A stretch of 62,492 nucleotides of DNA, filler included, from Chthonomonadaceae bacterium (lineage in GTDB: Bacteria; Armatimonadota; Chthonomonadetes; Chthonomonadales; Chthonomonadaceae), in the NCBI GenBank assembly GCA_035650735.1. It is 3 parts of 3 records of this genome, joined end to end, with 100 filler letters (N's around TTAATTAATTAA, not from the genome) between each part and the next. Parts side by side here need not be neighbours in the genome. Positions count along the whole stretch, not along the records: positions 45,451 to 62,492 come from DASRGZ010000087.1; 2 more parts are not named here. One strand, 5' to 3'. Every line of letters starts with the position of its first letter. Position 1 is the first letter of the stretch. A model generated the notes under the pieces. It was not told the DNA's origin, did not search any database, and saw only the letters and a list, made by a program, of their open reading frames with translations. A program made the translations under genes and the position numbers. Positions 47,191 through 56,342 of this stretch are shown here, in pieces.

Positions 47191-48357
47191 CTACCTGCCG
47201 CAGACATCGCGGACCGCCTTCAGATAGGTCGTGCCGTGAACCGTGTCAGGCAGCAAGTAGCTGCCTTCCGTCCACTCGTTCCAGGCGTTGATAGTGATCA
47301 TGCGCCGCGTTGCCTCGCCGCCAGTGGCAAATGCCTTAGCATGTTCCAACGCCTCTCGAAACGCTTCGGGCGTGTTGCCTTCCAGCACCGCCGTCCAGGG
47401 ATAGCCGCGCGGCTCATACCTATCGCTCTGTATTGTGCGCGGGCTGGGATCCCATCCCATCGTCACGTTGGGATGGTAGGGCACAGCGAACTGACGACGA
47501 TACTCTTCCCACAGCGCATAGTTCCGCGCCGCCGCTTTCGCGTAGCTGCCCTGTGGAAAACCATCCGTACTCGGATCGTAGTGATGCACCCAGGTATAAG
47601 AGGTGACGCTGGAGAAGCCGAGCGCGGCCACGACCTGCTGCGGGTCTTTCACTTCGATCTCAGCAGGCAGCACACTGACACCCCACACGATGGCGTTAAG
47701 ATGCAGGCCCGGCAGCCCGGCGGCGCGCGTTTTGGCGCGGAAGCTGTCCAGGGCTTTACGGGTAGCGCCCAGCCCGCCTAGCCCGAAGATAAACGTTCCC
47801 AACTCGTAAATGGAGAAATACGGCTCTCCTGCAAGGGTCAGGTAGTTCGGGCGCGAAAAGTAGTGCGCGATCACGTGATCCGTCAGGCGCTCAAACGCCT
47901 CCCGCGAGACGCGACCGGAAACCAGCGTCTCCGGGCGGTTGAGAAAGTTGGCCGGGTGGATATTGAGCCAGTCGTGGTTAGCCCACATCAGCGCAAACTT
48001 GAGGCGGCGATTGTTGGGCGCGTGCAGAAAACCTTTCTCTAAACCATCCTGCAAGAACGGCCCGTCCTCGTACCAGTACCAATCGTAAAGAAAGCAGGTG
48101 ACGCCGTGATCCGCCGCCAGGTCTATCTCGCGCGCCGCCCATTCCGGATCGGACTCATCGAAATAGCCCCAGGCAGGCACGATGGGCTGGCGATGGCTCG
48201 GGAAGCGCGGACGCGCGGCCTTCACCAGTTCCCACTCCGTCCAGCCTTTGCCATGCCAGGCGTCGTTGCGCGCGTCCGGATGATACTGCGGAAAGTAGTA
48301 GGCCGCGACCTCGCAAGCGTCCTGGCTCCTGTTATCCGTCTCAGCATTTAGCGTCAC
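47191..48357 (-). CDS. Glycoside hydrolase family 99-like domain protein, no signal peptide
   Basis: AAYYFPQYH, GWTEW, MWANHDW, GWDPSPR and INAWNEWTEGSYL. Confidence 0.85.
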   Translation of the reverse strand: MTLNAETDNRSQDACEVAAYYFPQYHPDARNDAWHGKGWTEWELVKAARPRFPSHRQPIVPAWGYFDESDPEWAAREIDLAADHGVTCFLYDWYWYEDGPFLQDGLEKGFLHAPNNRRLKFALMWANHDWLNIHPANFLNRPETLVSGRVSREAFERLTDHVIAHYFSRPNYLTLAGEPYFSIYELGTFIFGLGGLGATRKALDSFRAKTRAAGLPGLHLNAIVWGVSVLPAEIEVKDPQQVVAALGFSSVTSYTWVHHYDPSTDGFPQGSYAKAAARNYALWEEYRRQFAVPYHPNVTMGWDPSPRTIQSDRYEPRGYPWTAVLEGNTPEAFREALEHAKAFATGGEATRRMITINAWNEWTEGSYLLPDTVHGTTYLKAVRDVCGR

Positions 48358-48425
48358 GTCCGTCTCCTTCCTTTGCCGGCGTTTGCATGTCCGGTTTTAT
48401 ACGCTATCATGGCCCGGCTTGCTCG

Positions 48426-49343
48426 TTAATGCAGGCTGAACTCCTCCATGCGCTTGCTCACGACCTTAAACTGTACGATGGTCACTGCCAGGATAACCAG
48501 GAAGAGGACGTAGCTCTGCGCGCTTGCCATGCCCATATGGAACTGCCGCCACGCCTGGTTGTAGATGTGGTAGCCGACCACATCCGTATGCCGCACGGGG
48601 CCGCCCTGCGTCATCATATAGATGGGCGTGAAGACCTGAAAGGCGCTGATGGAGGAGGTAATCAGGATGAAGAAGGTGGTCGGCAGCAGCATCGGCAGCG
48701 TGATATGCCGGAAGGCGGCCCAGCGGCCCGCGCCATCCACGGCGGCGGCTTCGTAGAGGGCTTCCGGAATGCCCGCCAGCCCCGCCAGAAACAGCACCAT
48801 GCGCGGCCCCAGCCCGGTCCAGATGCTCATGAAGATCAGGGCCGGCATGGCCCAGACGGTGCTTTGCAGCCAATCTATCTGCGCCCAATCATGCAGGCCA
48901 AGCGCGTTGAGCGTCCAACTGATCAGCCCATGTTCCGGCAGATAGATGAACGTCCAGACCATCGAGAGGGCGACGGCAGAGGAGACGGCGGGCAGGTAGT
49001 AGAGGGTGCGGAAGAAGGCCACGCCGCGCAGCCTTTGATGTACCAGGATGGCGACCGCCAGCGCAACCGCCATGCCCAGCGGCACGCTCACGACCGCATA
49101 ATAGGTTGAATTCCAGAGCGCATTCCAGAACAGCGGGTCGTGCAGCAGATGGACGTAGTTCGCCAGGCCGACAAACGGCTTATTATGCTTTAGCACATCC
49201 CACTTGTGCAGGCTCAGGTAAAACGCGAACAGGATCGGAAACAGCACGAACACGGCCAGGTGCGCGAAGGAGGGCAGCACGAACAACCAGCCCGTCCATC
49301 CTGCGGCGCGGCGTTTTGCTTTTGCGGGCGAAGGAACAACCAT
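48426..49343 (-). CDS. Carbohydrate ABC transporter permease (MalF-like)
   Basis: LYEAAAVDGA..FRHITLP and MGMASAQS. Confidence 0.93.
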   Translation of the reverse strand: MVVPSPAKAKRRAAGWTGWLFVLPSFAHLAVFVLFPILFAFYLSLHKWDVLKHNKPFVGLANYVHLLHDPLFWNALWNSTYYAVVSVPLGMAVALAVAILVHQRLRGVAFFRTLYYLPAVSSAVALSMVWTFIYLPEHGLISWTLNALGLHDWAQIDWLQSTVWAMPALIFMSIWTGLGPRMVLFLAGLAGIPEALYEAAAVDGAGRWAAFRHITLPMLLPTTFFILITSSISAFQVFTPIYMMTQGGPVRHTDVVGYHIYNQAWRQFHMGMASAQSYVLFLVILAVTIVQFKVVSKRMEEFSLH

Positions 49344-49382
49344 GCTTTTACTGCGTCCGAAGTTTGCCGCTCGGAGATGGCC

Positions 49383-50294
49383 TCAGGCGGCGCTCTCCAG
49401 CCAGGCGGTAAGGTCGGCCAGGCTATTGAAGTTCAACAGCGCCGTGCCCAACTCCTCCAACTGCTCCGTAGAGAGCGCGGCGATACGCTCCTGTACACTC
49501 GGCTCCAGTTCCCCGATCTTGCTTCTAAGCAGGAGAAGAACAAACTTACGCGCCTCCTCCTGACGGCCTTTTTCAAGTCCCTCTTCCATCCAACTGGTCA
49601 CGATTTCCATAACGGTCTCCTGTTCCGGGGACATGACTGCCTGCAACTCCTTCTCAAACGCGCGCTGCTCCTGCGCGTTCAGGCGCAGGTAGGTATCCAC
49701 AAACCCGGAAATCAACTGCATCCGCGCCGGATCTAAACGCAGCGTCGCGAGCAAGCGTAGACATTCCAGCTTGACCTTCGGCCTGTCTTCCGGCGCGATC
49801 CGCATCTTAGCCATCAGCGCGCTGGCGACCGGATTGGGCTGCCGCACGAAGTCCCGCCAATTTAATCTATTCAACTGTATCACCGTATACCGGAAATCCA
49901 GCACGACCCGATCCGGGAAAGCTACCTGATACTGGTCAGGTTCCGGGCGCAGCGGGGCATCATACGAGAAGAGCGCCACCGGATAGACCGGCAGATCGTA
50001 CTTCTCATGCCGGCGCGCAAAGTACCGGAACATCCGTTTTGCGAACGCCTCCTTCGCCGATGCCTGGTTCTCCACATGGATAAGAAAGAACGATGGCTGC
50101 CCGCGAAACTGGGCCTTGACGACGATATCGGCCTCGTGCTTCTCTCCGGAGGTGACATCGGTGAAGACCTCTTTATCCAGGAATTCGAGCGTGTCGCGCT
50201 CCAGATAGGCGCTCACGTCGGGCAAAAAGAGGTCTACAAACTCGACGAAGAAAGTGGTCAGCAGTTCCTTGAACAGCCGGCCATGATCTACCAT
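49383..50294 (-). CDS. Rpn-family PD-(D/E)XK nuclease/putative transposase with a DUF4351-like C-terminus
   Basis: LFKELL..FF.EF, EADIVVK, HVENQ, RMFRYF and LSTEQLEELGTALLNFNSLADLTAWL. Confidence 0.87.
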   Translation of the reverse strand: MVDHGRLFKELLTTFFVEFVDLFLPDVSAYLERDTLEFLDKEVFTDVTSGEKHEADIVVKAQFRGQPSFFLIHVENQASAKEAFAKRMFRYFARRHEKYDLPVYPVALFSYDAPLRPEPDQYQVAFPDRVVLDFRYTVIQLNRLNWRDFVRQPNPVASALMAKMRIAPEDRPKVKLECLRLLATLRLDPARMQLISGFVDTYLRLNAQEQRAFEKELQAVMSPEQETVMEIVTSWMEEGLEKGRQEEARKFVLLLLRSKIGELEPSVQERIAALSTEQLEELGTALLNFNSLADLTAWLESAA

Positions 50295-50322
50295 AGCCTC
50301 ATTGTACCTTAAGGGTTGCCGC

Positions 50323-51651
50323 TCATTGCACGCCCAACTCCGCATCCACGCGGCGGGCCGCCGCATGCAGCGCCTGTGGAACGGGCACCCTGCCGACCAA
50401 TACCTCCTCCATCATCTCTTTGCCGATGTCCTCGACCTGCGCGTAGCTCTCCACGCGCGCCCCCCAGGGCGCGATGCCGTACCGGACGTTATCCAGGAAC
50501 ACCGGCTCCAGCGCGTTGGCATGCCGCCGCGCCTCGGCAATCTGCCGGTTAGCCGAGATGCCGATGCCCAGTTCCGCCTTCTTCCGCTGCACGAACGGGC
50601 CGGACATGAACTTGACGTACTCCCACGCCTCGCGCGGGTGCCGGCAGCCTTTGGTGATCGCGTAGCCCGACTCATAGATGACGGTGACGCGCCGCTTTTG
50701 TTGCGGCAGGCCGACCACGCCAACATCGTCCATCCGGATGGTTTCGCTGGCTCTCAGCCCGACGATGTTCCAGTGCCCGCTGATCTTCATCGCCACCATC
50801 CCCGACGCGAACGGATCGGCCCCTTGCGCCTGTGTCTCCGAAAGCGAGGGAGCTAGATGCTCCCGAACCAGATCGGCCAAAAACTGCACCGCCTCGATGG
50901 TTGCCGGGCTATCCAGGTAGCCGGTCGCATGCGTGCCGTCCGGGGAAAGCACGTCGCCACCGTTCTGCCAGATCCAGGTAATCCAGCCCGGCATCCAGTT
51001 CTCCAGCAGGAAGCCGTATCGCGTCGGGTGCGGGGCGCCTTTAGGCCAGACGGTCAGGCGGCGGCACGCCTGGCGGAAATCCTCCCAGGTCCAGCCGTCT
51101 TTGGGGTAGGGCACGCCAGCTTTGTCGAAGAGGCGCTTGTTGTAGTAGAGCATCATCGGTGTGAAGTCGGCGGGTAGGGCGTACAGATGTTCGCCGCGGC
51201 GGGCCAGGTTAAGCACGTTGGGATAGTAGGTGGAGAGGTCCAGATGATCCTGGCGGACGAAGGGCGTCAGGTCGCGCAGCGTATCGTTATCAATAAAGTC
51301 GGCGGCGGAGGAGGCATCCAGGCTCATCACCTCCGGCTCCGTCCCGGCGACAAAGGCGGTCAGCAGCTTGGGAACGTACTCGCCGCTGCCGGGAATATGC
51401 TCCGGCTGTATCTCGATGTTCGGGTGCAGGCGCTGCCATTCGGCCATGACCTCGTTCTGGAAGCGGTTCATGCTCGGGTCGGCGGAGGCTCCGCCCCAAT
51501 CGGCCACATGCAGCACGACACGCCGCGCCGTCTCGCCGCGACCACGCGCGCATCCCGCCAGCCCGGCCGCCGCTGCTGCCAGGCAGACGAACAGCGCGCT
51601 CCACCAATGCCGCCAGACACGCGGCTGCTTTTGTCCTGCTCTCCTGCTCAT
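50323..51651 (-). CDS. Sugar ABC transporter substrate-binding lipoprotein
   Basis: Lipobox LAGC, YYNKRLFDKAGV and WTWEDF. Confidence 0.93.
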   Translation of the reverse strand: MSRRAGQKQPRVWRHWWSALFVCLAAAAAGLAGCARGRGETARRVVLHVADWGGASADPSMNRFQNEVMAEWQRLHPNIEIQPEHIPGSGEYVPKLLTAFVAGTEPEVMSLDASSAADFIDNDTLRDLTPFVRQDHLDLSTYYPNVLNLARRGEHLYALPADFTPMMLYYNKRLFDKAGVPYPKDGWTWEDFRQACRRLTVWPKGAPHPTRYGFLLENWMPGWITWIWQNGGDVLSPDGTHATGYLDSPATIEAVQFLADLVREHLAPSLSETQAQGADPFASGMVAMKISGHWNIVGLRASETIRMDDVGVVGLPQQKRRVTVIYESGYAITKGCRHPREAWEYVKFMSGPFVQRKKAELGIGISANRQIAEARRHANALEPVFLDNVRYGIAPWGARVESYAQVEDIGKEMMEEVLVGRVPVPQALHAAARRVDAELGVQ

Positions 51652-51672
51652 GTCTCCTACAGACCTTCTAAA

Positions 51673-51801
51673 CCGGCAGGCTAACCCCCGCCGCTCGGGA
51701 GCCTTCAGCTCGTTGCCCGCCTACGCGGGCAAATCATCTTTGTCGCCCACCTGGGTGGGCGACGGGCTGCAAGCCCCACAGCGGCAGGGTTTAGCCTGTC
51801 G
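51673..51801. repeat. Inverted pair of the AGCGGCRGGGTTYAGCCTG motif
   Basis: CCGGCAGGCTAACCCCCGCCGCT...AGCGGCAGGGTTTAGCCTGTCG; the same motif occurs at 7232 and 18087. Confidence 0.75.
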
Positions 51802-52198
51802 CTGAACAAGCCTGATGGGTCTGCTTCTCCTCCCAATCCCGGAGGGCGGCCTGCAAAGCCTGTATCGCCTGCTCTGCGCAGTAGAACCGATCTGCAGATA
51901 GCTCCAGTTCCGCCGCGATCTGCGCGCTCTGGATCTGCCGCGCCTGATCCAGCGCCCTGTCCTGAACCCGGTCGGTCAGCAGGGAGCCGCAGGCGATGGC
52001 GGCACTACAGCCGAACACCTTAAATCGCGCTGCGACAATGCGGCGCGTCGTCGGATCGGCCTTGATCTGAATTTTCACCATCAGGCCGCTCTCCGGCGTG
52101 CCGACGCCGCCGGTGCCGACGCTGGGATCGCTCTTATCCAGCCCGCCGACATTGTGCGGGTTCTGTACATGTGCCAGGACTTTCTCGCTGTAGGGCAT
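51791..52198 (-). CDS. iscU: IscU/NifU_N-like Fe-S scaffold protein with atypical ligands
   Basis: YSEKVLAH..NPHNVG, FKVFGCSAAIA and IAAELEL. Directly downstream of iscS. Confidence 0.8.
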   Translation of the reverse strand: MPYSEKVLAHVQNPHNVGGLDKSDPSVGTGGVGTPESGLMVKIQIKADPTTRRIVAARFKVFGCSAAIACGSLLTDRVQDRALDQARQIQSAQIAAELELSADRFYCAEQAIQALQAALRDWEEKQTHQACSATG

Positions 52199-52212
52199 GG
52201 CAGAGGCTTCCT

Positions 52213-53385
52213 CTATCGCTCTCCAAGCGGAGACAGTTCGCGCAGGCCATTCACCGCCTCAACGCAGCGCCCGATCACGTAGTCCACCTCTTCTTCCGTG
52301 TTGAAGCGGCCCAGGCCGAAGCGCACCGCAGAGAGAGCCAGGGCGTCAGGCAGGCTGATGGCCTTGAGCACATAGGACGGCGTGACCTCGCCCGAATTGC
52401 AGGCCGAGCCGGAGGAGAGCGCCACGTCGCTCAGACGGGCCATCAGGCTATCGCTCTCCACCCCCGCAAAGGAAAGGTTCAGGTTGCCCGGCAGGCGCTG
52501 CGTTTCATGGCCGTTGATGGTGACATCCGACAGCGCACTGCGCAGGCCGTTCTTAAGCTTATCGCGCAGGAAGGTCAGCCGCCGCCTCTCCGTCTCCATC
52601 TCCTCCTGGCAGATCTGAGCCGCCTTGCCAAAGCCAACAATGCCCGTGACGTTGAGCGTGCCGGAGCGAAAGCCGCGCTCGTGGCCACCGCCGTCCATCT
52701 GGATCGCCAGGCGCACCTGCGGATCGCGCCGCCGCACGTAGAGCGCGCCGATGCCCTTCGGCCCGTAGAGCTTGTGTGCGGTGAAGGAAGCCAGATCAAT
52801 CTGCATCTTCTGCACATCTATGGGCACTTTGCCCAGGCTTTGCGAGGCGTCCGTGTGGAACAGCACGCCCTGCTCATGGCAGAGGTGACCGATGGCGGCC
52901 ACGTCTTGCAGGACGCCGATCTCGTTGTTGGCGTGCATGATGGAGACGAGGAGGGTCTGCTCCGTTATGGTGTCGGCCAGCTCCTCCAGATCGATCAGAC
53001 CGTCCGGCCTGGGCTTGAGGTAGGTGACGCGGAACCCCCGCTTCTCCAGGTGCTTGCAGCTATCGAGGATGGCCTTATGCTCGGTCTGGGCCGTGATGAG
53101 GTGACTGCCTTTCCCGGCGTAGGCTTCGGCGACGCCTTTAAGAGCAAGGTTGTCCGACTCGGTAGCGCCGGAGGTAAAGACGATCTCGGTCGGATCGGCG
53201 CCAATGGCGCGGGCGAGGAGGGCGCGGGCGTTCTCCACGGCGGCTTCGGCCTCCCAGCCCAATTTATGGGTGCGGCTGGCGGCGTTGCCGAAGCGCTCCG
53301 TAAAGTAGGGCAGCATGGCTTCCACCACGCGCGGGTCGGTAGGAGTCGTGGCGTTGTTGTCGAAATAGATAGGTGTTCGGATCAT
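52213..53385 (-). CDS. iscS: Cysteine desulfurase, IscS type
   Basis: IYFDNNATTP, TSGATE, AHKLYGPKG and SSGSAC. Start at MIRTP. Confidence 0.94.
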   Translation of the reverse strand: MIRTPIYFDNNATTPTDPRVVEAMLPYFTERFGNAASRTHKLGWEAEAAVENARALLARAIGADPTEIVFTSGATESDNLALKGVAEAYAGKGSHLITAQTEHKAILDSCKHLEKRGFRVTYLKPRPDGLIDLEELADTITEQTLLVSIMHANNEIGVLQDVAAIGHLCHEQGVLFHTDASQSLGKVPIDVQKMQIDLASFTAHKLYGPKGIGALYVRRRDPQVRLAIQMDGGGHERGFRSGTLNVTGIVGFGKAAQICQEEMETERRRLTFLRDKLKNGLRSALSDVTINGHETQRLPGNLNLSFAGVESDSLMARLSDVALSSGSACNSGEVTPSYVLKAISLPDALALSAVRFGLGRFNTEEEVDYVIGRCVEAVNGLRELSPLGER

Positions 53386-53544
53386 GGCCTGCCTGCCTTG
53401 CTTCCAGCAAAAGGAAGATAGGGCCCGCCACAACGGACGGGTCGGAATGACAACATTGTACCTTCCGGCGAACAGAATCGCAAACGCCGCGCAGAGCAGG
53501 CCCTTGCGCGATTCCTGTACTCCGCAGAAGGAGGAAAAAGCTAC

Positions 53545-54756
53545 GTGTCGGATACTAACGGCAACCCTGCCGATAACAGCGCCGATCCCATCGGCGTGAC
53601 GCTCCCGCCCGACCGGGCGCCGGACGCCGGGCGCTACGCGGAGGAGGCGGCGATCCCGGAGAAGGCGCGGCATATCGGGGAGACGGTCCTGGGGCCGCGC
53701 GCCCAGGAGACGGATCAGGGCAGTGGACCGAACCGGGAGAACTTCCGCGCCCTGGCCGAGGCGGGACTGCTGGCCCTCGCGCTGCCGCGTGAGTACGGCG
53801 GGCTGGAGGCTTCCGGCGCGACCCAGCGCGAGGTGACGGAAATTCTGGCCTCCTTCTGCGGCGTGACCACCTTTACGCAGGCGCAGCATCATGGCCCCTC
53901 CCGCATGATTGCCGGCGGCCCCAACGCAGAACTGAAACGGCGCTTGCTGCCCGAGCTGGCGAGCGGGCGGATGCTGTGCGCCATCTCCTTCGCGCACCTG
54001 CGCCGGCCCGGCCCGCCCGTTCTGACCGCCACGCCGGTTCCCGGCGGCTACCGCCTCAACGGGAAGGCGCCCTGGGTGACAGGCTGGGGCCTGATGAACC
54101 AGGTAGTCTTCGGGGCGACATTGCCGGACGGGCGCTTCGTCTATCTCTGGTCGCCGGCTCGACGCGAGGAGTTCCCAGAGCTATTTGCCGATGCCGGCCC
54201 GGAGGATGGCCAGTGGGGCGCCCTACGCGCCTCCGCCCCACTGCCGCTCTGTGCGATGAACGCCTCCGCGACGGTGGAGCTGACCTGTGAGAACTGGTTT
54301 ATCCCGCAGGCGCACTGGCTCTTCGAATCCGACCGGGAGACGCTGCGCCGCAACGACCGCAACGGCGTGCTGGGCGCGACGGCGATGCCGCTCGGCTGCG
54401 CGGCGGCCAGCGTGCGCGTGCTCTGCGAGACGGCGGAGCGGCGCTCTATTCCCGCTATTGGCCGCACGGCGCAGGCGCTGGGCAGAGAATGGGAGGAGGC
54501 GAAGGCGCAGGTGCGCGCATGGAGCGAGCGCTCGGCAGAGGAGAACTTCTTCGAGAACGCGGTGCGCATCCGGGCCTGGTGCATTGAGCTGGCCGTGCGC
54601 GCCGCCCATGCCGCCGTGGCCGCCAGTAGCGGCGCCGCCAACATGCTCACCCATCCAGCGCAGCGCCTCCTGCGCGAAGCCATGTTCTATACCATTCAGG
54701 CGCAGACGCACGAGGTGATGGACGCGACCCTGGCGCGGCTGGAACGCACGCCATGA
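53545..54756 (+). CDS. Acyl-CoA dehydrogenase-family flavoprotein
   Basis: LPREYGG, LNGKAPWVTG and HPAQRLLREA. GTG start with an AAGGAGG RBS. Confidence 0.85.
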   Translation: MSDTNGNPADNSADPIGVTLPPDRAPDAGRYAEEAAIPEKARHIGETVLGPRAQETDQGSGPNRENFRALAEAGLLALALPREYGGLEASGATQREVTEILASFCGVTTFTQAQHHGPSRMIAGGPNAELKRRLLPELASGRMLCAISFAHLRRPGPPVLTATPVPGGYRLNGKAPWVTGWGLMNQVVFGATLPDGRFVYLWSPARREEFPELFADAGPEDGQWGALRASAPLPLCAMNASATVELTCENWFIPQAHWLFESDRETLRRNDRNGVLGATAMPLGCAAASVRVLCETAERRSIPAIGRTAQALGREWEEAKAQVRAWSERSAEENFFENAVRIRAWCIELAVRAAHAAVAASSGAANMLTHPAQRLLREAMFYTIQAQTHEVMDATLARLERTP

Positions 54757-54773
54757 GAAAATGAGGAGCGCGC

Positions 54774-54814
54774 AAAAAAGAAACAGCCTCTTCCTTCGTG
54801 GCAAGAGGCTGTTT
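54774..54814 (-). terminator. Rho-independent terminator between convergent genes
   Basis: 12-bp stem AAACAGCCTCTT/AAGAGGCTGTTT with an A-tract on the left side. Confidence 0.85.
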
Positions 54815-54832
54815 GCTTGAGTGAGCAATGCA

Positions 54833-55552
54833 TTACCGGCGCCGTCGCTTCAGGGCGATAAGGCTGCTGCTCATGCCGATACCAATAAGCAGCCCGACGG
54901 TGCCGGGCTCGGGGATGGCTGTGGCAGTAACCAGACCCGTAAGGGCAGCGGCGTCGCCACCGCCGGTAAGGGTGAAGATCACATCTGCATCGATAGAGGT
55001 AATGGGCACGCCCGAGGTCGTAGAGGCATTAAAGGGGCCATAGGTAAACGAACCCGGCCCAGTGGAGGTTTGTGAACCGCCTATAGGAATGCCAGCCGAC
55101 GAACCATTGACGGTGGCATCGGCCACCCCCGCTCCGACCGGGGCGATGGTTACGCCATCACCGGTGGCATCGGTGATACCACCGGACAGGCTATTGGTTA
55201 CGATGCTGCCTGTGGGCAGGGTTGGGGAAACTGCCTGCGTGAAGAAGAAGGCGAAGGTTGAGGTGGACGCAGTGGGATTGGTCACTCCAAACGCATAGGA
55301 GAGGAAGGGATCTGACATCGACTGCGCCCTGTCAACTCTCATAACAGTCCCATCCTCCAGCGTGATCACCTGCGGCGCCGAGAGGGTGAATATACCCGGC
55401 GCTGTCTGGGTGAACAGGTTGCTCAGATCGGCGACCTGCACACCGTTCTCTTGGAGAATCAAGGTTGGCCCGCCGGTCACCTGCGCCATTGTCGGGGCAC
55501 GCACGGCTAGCGCCAGCGCGACAATAAGCGCCAAACACAACAGCTTCCTCAT
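54833..55552 (-). CDS. PEP-CTERM sorting-domain protein (Thr/Gly/Ser-rich)
   Basis: Signal peptide and IPEPGTVGLLIGIG..LKRRRR. Confidence 0.92.
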   Translation of the reverse strand: MRKLLCLALIVALALAVRAPTMAQVTGGPTLILQENGVQVADLSNLFTQTAPGIFTLSAPQVITLEDGTVMRVDRAQSMSDPFLSYAFGVTNPTASTSTFAFFFTQAVSPTLPTGSIVTNSLSGGITDATGDGVTIAPVGAGVADATVNGSSAGIPIGGSQTSTGPGSFTYGPFNASTTSGVPITSIDADVIFTLTGGGDAAALTGLVTATAIPEPGTVGLLIGIGMSSSLIALKRRRR

Positions 55553-55620
55553 GCTTCTCTCCTTTCCTGATCAAGGTCGGTACAGGCCATTGAGAAAATG
55601 GTTACCGCCATTCTCTTCAA

Positions 55621-55636
55621 TGCAAATAACGTGCCA
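55621..55636 (-). promoter_or_regulatory. Sigma-54 promoter of the PEP-CTERM gene
   Basis: TGGCACGTTATTTGCA, a full match to the TGGCAC-N5-TTGCA consensus. Confidence 0.85.
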
Positions 55637-55814
55637 AAGATAGGTATTTTTGACATTAATCCTGAAAGTTTTTCTTGGTTGGTCCCTCCGCCAGGCAGCG
55701 CCGTTCCGGGGAATAGGCTGGACAATTGCCCAGGCATCGCAGATCGGTTCGCTGAATTTGATGGGAAAGGAAAATCGTTGCCTGCGCTGGCTCTAGGGCA
55801 TAGGCCCGACGCAA

Positions 55815-55870
55815 GAAAAACAAAAAAGCAGGCGACACGCCAGTTTGTATTTTTCTGGCGTGTCGTCTGC
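55815..55870 (-). terminator. Rho-independent terminator
   Basis: 16-bp stem GCAGGCGACACGCCAG/CTGGCGTGTCGTCTGC followed by T-runs on the minus strand. Confidence 0.85.
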
Positions 55871-55925
55871 CTGTGAGCTATCAGTTACAGTGAACGGCCC
55901 TAAGCGTTCGAACTGATTTCACTCA

Positions 55926-56342
55926 TTAGTCGGTCAGATGCAGTATGATGAACTTATCCGACCGATGGCCGGCGTAGTCAATGGCCGTGGCGTGGAACAG
56001 GTAGTCCCCGGCAGGATAGACGGGCAGATACCAGCCGACGCCGCCCGTGACCAAATTAGTCTGGGAGAACGTGCCAAACAAGTTCGTATCCACTCCCTGG
56101 AGGCCGACGTAGTGGATGGGGGAACCGTTGGCCGTCACACGTATACCCACAAAGGCCAGACCAGGGACTCTGTGGTAGTTGACGTTGCGGGCGGAGAGAG
56201 TCGCTCCATCCGGCAGGGTAAAGCTAATCGTCGGTGGTGCCTGCTTCACGGTCTGGGCTTTCGCCTGCGTGCCCATCGTCAAACCCGCCATCAAAATCAA
56301 TCCAGCCAGCAATGTTCCCACTTTCATCGAAGTCCGTTTCAT
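55926..56342 (-). CDS. Small secreted protein, probable Ig-like beta-sandwich
   Basis: Signal peptide ending AKA, PPTISFTLP.DG, and GDYLFHATAIDYAG resembling a bacterial Ig-like terminal strand. Confidence 0.7.
   Translation of the reverse strand: MKRTSMKVGTLLAGLILMAGLTMGTQAKAQTVKQAPPTISFTLPDGATLSARNVNYHRVPGLAFVGIRVTANGSPIHYVGLQGVDTNLFGTFSQTNLVTGGVGWYLPVYPAGDYLFHATAIDYAGHRSDKFIILHLTD

Noticed and set aside
53386..53997. Apparent 200-aa N-terminal extension of IscS (similar extensions on MarR, DPP-IV, PheS and L35)
   Set aside because: These are ORF-caller extensions that overlap neighbouring genes or repeats. Homology begins at the downstream starts.
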